A stretch of DNA of 63,992 bases, filler included, from Basidiobolus ranarum (lineage: Eukaryota), in the NCBI GenBank assembly GCA_040143965.1. It is 5 parts of 5 records of this genome, joined end to end, with 100 filler letters (N's around TTAATTAATTAA, not from the genome) between each part and the next. Parts side by side here need not be neighbours in the genome. Positions count along the whole stretch, not along the records: positions 52,079 to 63,992 come from JASJQH010000578.1; 4 more parts are not named here. One strand, written 5' to 3'. The notes beneath the pieces are model-generated. The model did not search any database. It saw only the letters and a list, made by a program, of their open reading frames with translations, and was not told where the DNA came from. The translations under genes were made by a program, and so were the position numbers. Of the stretch, positions 62,210 to 63,992 are shown piece by piece (position 1 is the first letter of the stretch; each line of letters begins with the position of its first letter).

Positions 62210-63740
62210 TTTCTCAATTGGAATTTACTTAGAATATTGTTGCCAACCTGGAAGTTCCCAGATATATTGATTTTTCAAGCTGGTACTAGTGGCCTCAAAC
62301 TTTGCACACTTGTTTCTGGGACCTTCCTTAACACATTCTACAAGTTAGTAGATATATATCGTCACCAAACAATAAATGTAATCTTACTACTCAGTAAATC
62401 AGCAAGTGAAAACCACCAATTTCCCTAATTCTACAAGCCACTTCCAACAGGCTCCCAAATACTTTAACAGGTGAAGAGCCCTGAGCTTGCACTGACTGTA
62501 ATGTCTACTTGCAAACTTCTGGAACTTTTCCCTCTTCTGAAAAATTGGATGGAATCAATTATCTAGCTTGGAAAGTTAAAATGAAAATGCTGCTGAAATA
62601 AAAAGTACTTTGCAACCCACTTGTAGCAGAAGAAAACAATGCAAAACTATCTAAAACCAGAGCTTTACTCCAGGTTAAAAAGAACCAAGTTTCTCCAACA
62701 GAATTTGTCACAATGTTAAAGACAAATTGCTAAATAAAAGTTCAAGAGTTAATGCTGCCAAAAAGGTATGCAAAGCCTTGGAAGACTCCTACCAAACATG
62801 TTCTGCTGCTAAAAAAATTGTTTTTAAGAAGACAATCTCTAACTTAAAGATGATGGCAGGAGAAGATGTTCTATCACTAATTAATAGAGTTACTATTCTA
62901 GAGAAAAAAATAGAATGAATTGAAGTACCTACTTACTGATCAGGATATTGTAAATTCAGTCCTGAATAGCTTGCCACAGATGTTTCAGAGCCTATTATTG
63001 GCTCTAGAACTAAGAACTGAAAATCTACCTTGAATTTTGAATTTGCAGACTCCTAGATATATATTTATGCATATTAAACCTCAACTAAATATGAAGAAAA
63101 TGATTATATAAGCTATAGGTGTTGAAGTTTATTATCTTTATCATATTTGTTATCTCTATCTTTATATACCTAACAATTTCATATATCACATATAAGTAGG
63201 TTAACATTGCTTAGTCAAATATCACATAAGTGAAAATTGGACCATATATTATATATATATGTGAATAATGTGAGAATTAGCAATTCCATATGGGAAATTT
63301 CAAACTTGTCCAAATTGCCCCACAGATAGATAGCTCATCTTACTCCCACAGATGTTCTGAACATAACCCCAGTGTTAGTTTTCTGTATTTCCACCAAAAT
63401 GTATCAATGCTTTATTCCTGGACAATAAATAATTATCTCACAAAGCTATTCACAACTCCACTTTTCTAAAGTTCCTCCAAACAGCCTATATTTTCCAAAT
63501 AATGGGAGGCCTTCCTATAAAGGCCAAAAGAATTTCAGGAGCAAAAGTAACACATTCTATGATTACTATAAAAGAACTGGTCATTTGAGCAAATATTACT
63601 TTAAAAGAATTGCAAAAGAAGAAAAATGCACTGAATCTGGAAATGAGATTGCAACAGAGGATGACTTGTTCATATCTACTCCATCTATGACTACCAACAA
63701 GGATTCTCAGATGTAGTATATTGATTATGGAGGCTCCTAA
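62210..63740 (+). mobile_element. Decayed Copia 5' region: LTR (to 62469), PBS-like site, gag, zinc knuckle and protease remnants
   Basis: LTR end TACTTTAACA followed by GGTGAAGAGCCC (resembles the copia PBS GGTTATGGGCCC). EKLDGINYLAWKVKM; UBN2-like gag; YDYYKRTGHLSKYY (CCHC spacing); *YIDYGGS. Confidence 0.85.
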
Positions 63741-63923
63741 TGTTGAAAGTTTGGTGACTTGTGGTATAAGCAGTAATTCCAAAAGAGGAAAATATGGAGT
63801 ATGGTGACTGCATCTGAACACAAAGTCTAAGGCCAATCAGTTGCTTGTATAGCTGAAATGCCAAAGTACCATACATTGACAGACTAGGTTATGGTTCCCT
63901 AGCAATATAGGCATAGCATACAA

Positions 63924-63992
63924 GGACTGGTAGCTCAGTGGTTAGAGCACCTTGCTAGAGTGAAGGAGGGCCCAGGTTCAAATCCTGGCCAG
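63924..63992 (+). tRNA. tRNA or tRNA-like gene, truncated by the window end; nominal anticodon AGA but short variable loop
   Basis: GGACTGG/CCAG[..] acceptor stem, GCTC/GAGC D-stem, CCAGG-TTCAAAT-CCTGG T-arm, A box TAGCTCAGTGG and B box GGTTCAAATCC. Anticodon stem has a G31:G39 mismatch. Confidence 0.75.

Noticed and set aside
63120-63483. Possible nested LTR (TGTTG...AAACA) inside the gag remnant
   Set aside because: No target-site duplication and no second copy recognised in the window.

Overview
AT-rich eukaryotic (fungal) genomic scaffold with four 100-bp assembly gaps, each carrying a TTAATTAATTAA spacer. Gene content and intron style suggest an early-diverging fungus, possibly Basidiobolus-like; that assignment is inference only. 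Conserved intron-rich housekeeping genes (Gap1/Sar1-type RasGAP, endosulfine/Igo1, Pob3/SSRP1, Cdc16/APC6) are interleaved with apparently intronless accessory genes: a multicopper oxidase, an AA11-type LPMO fused to CBM5/12, a multi-LysM protein, a Pcl/Pho80-type cyclin, a division-1 chitin synthase and a long ankyrin protein. There are islands of decayed, CpG-depleted Ty1/Copia elements and an atypical tRNA-like gene at the right edge. The most unusual content is two sets of unassigned secreted low-complexity proteins. The first is four tiny Gly/Tyr/Trp/Pro-rich precursors at 1-2.4 kb, two of them with long X-Pro/X-Ala dipeptide pro-regions. The second is a ~13-kb birth-and-death tandem array (39-52 kb) next to the chitin synthase. 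Its members have a signal peptide, a small Cys-paired domain built from an internal 20-aa duplication, a KR site and a His/Gly/Lys-rich repeat tail, and they share upstream MADS-box-type (CArG and MEF2/Rlm1) motifs.
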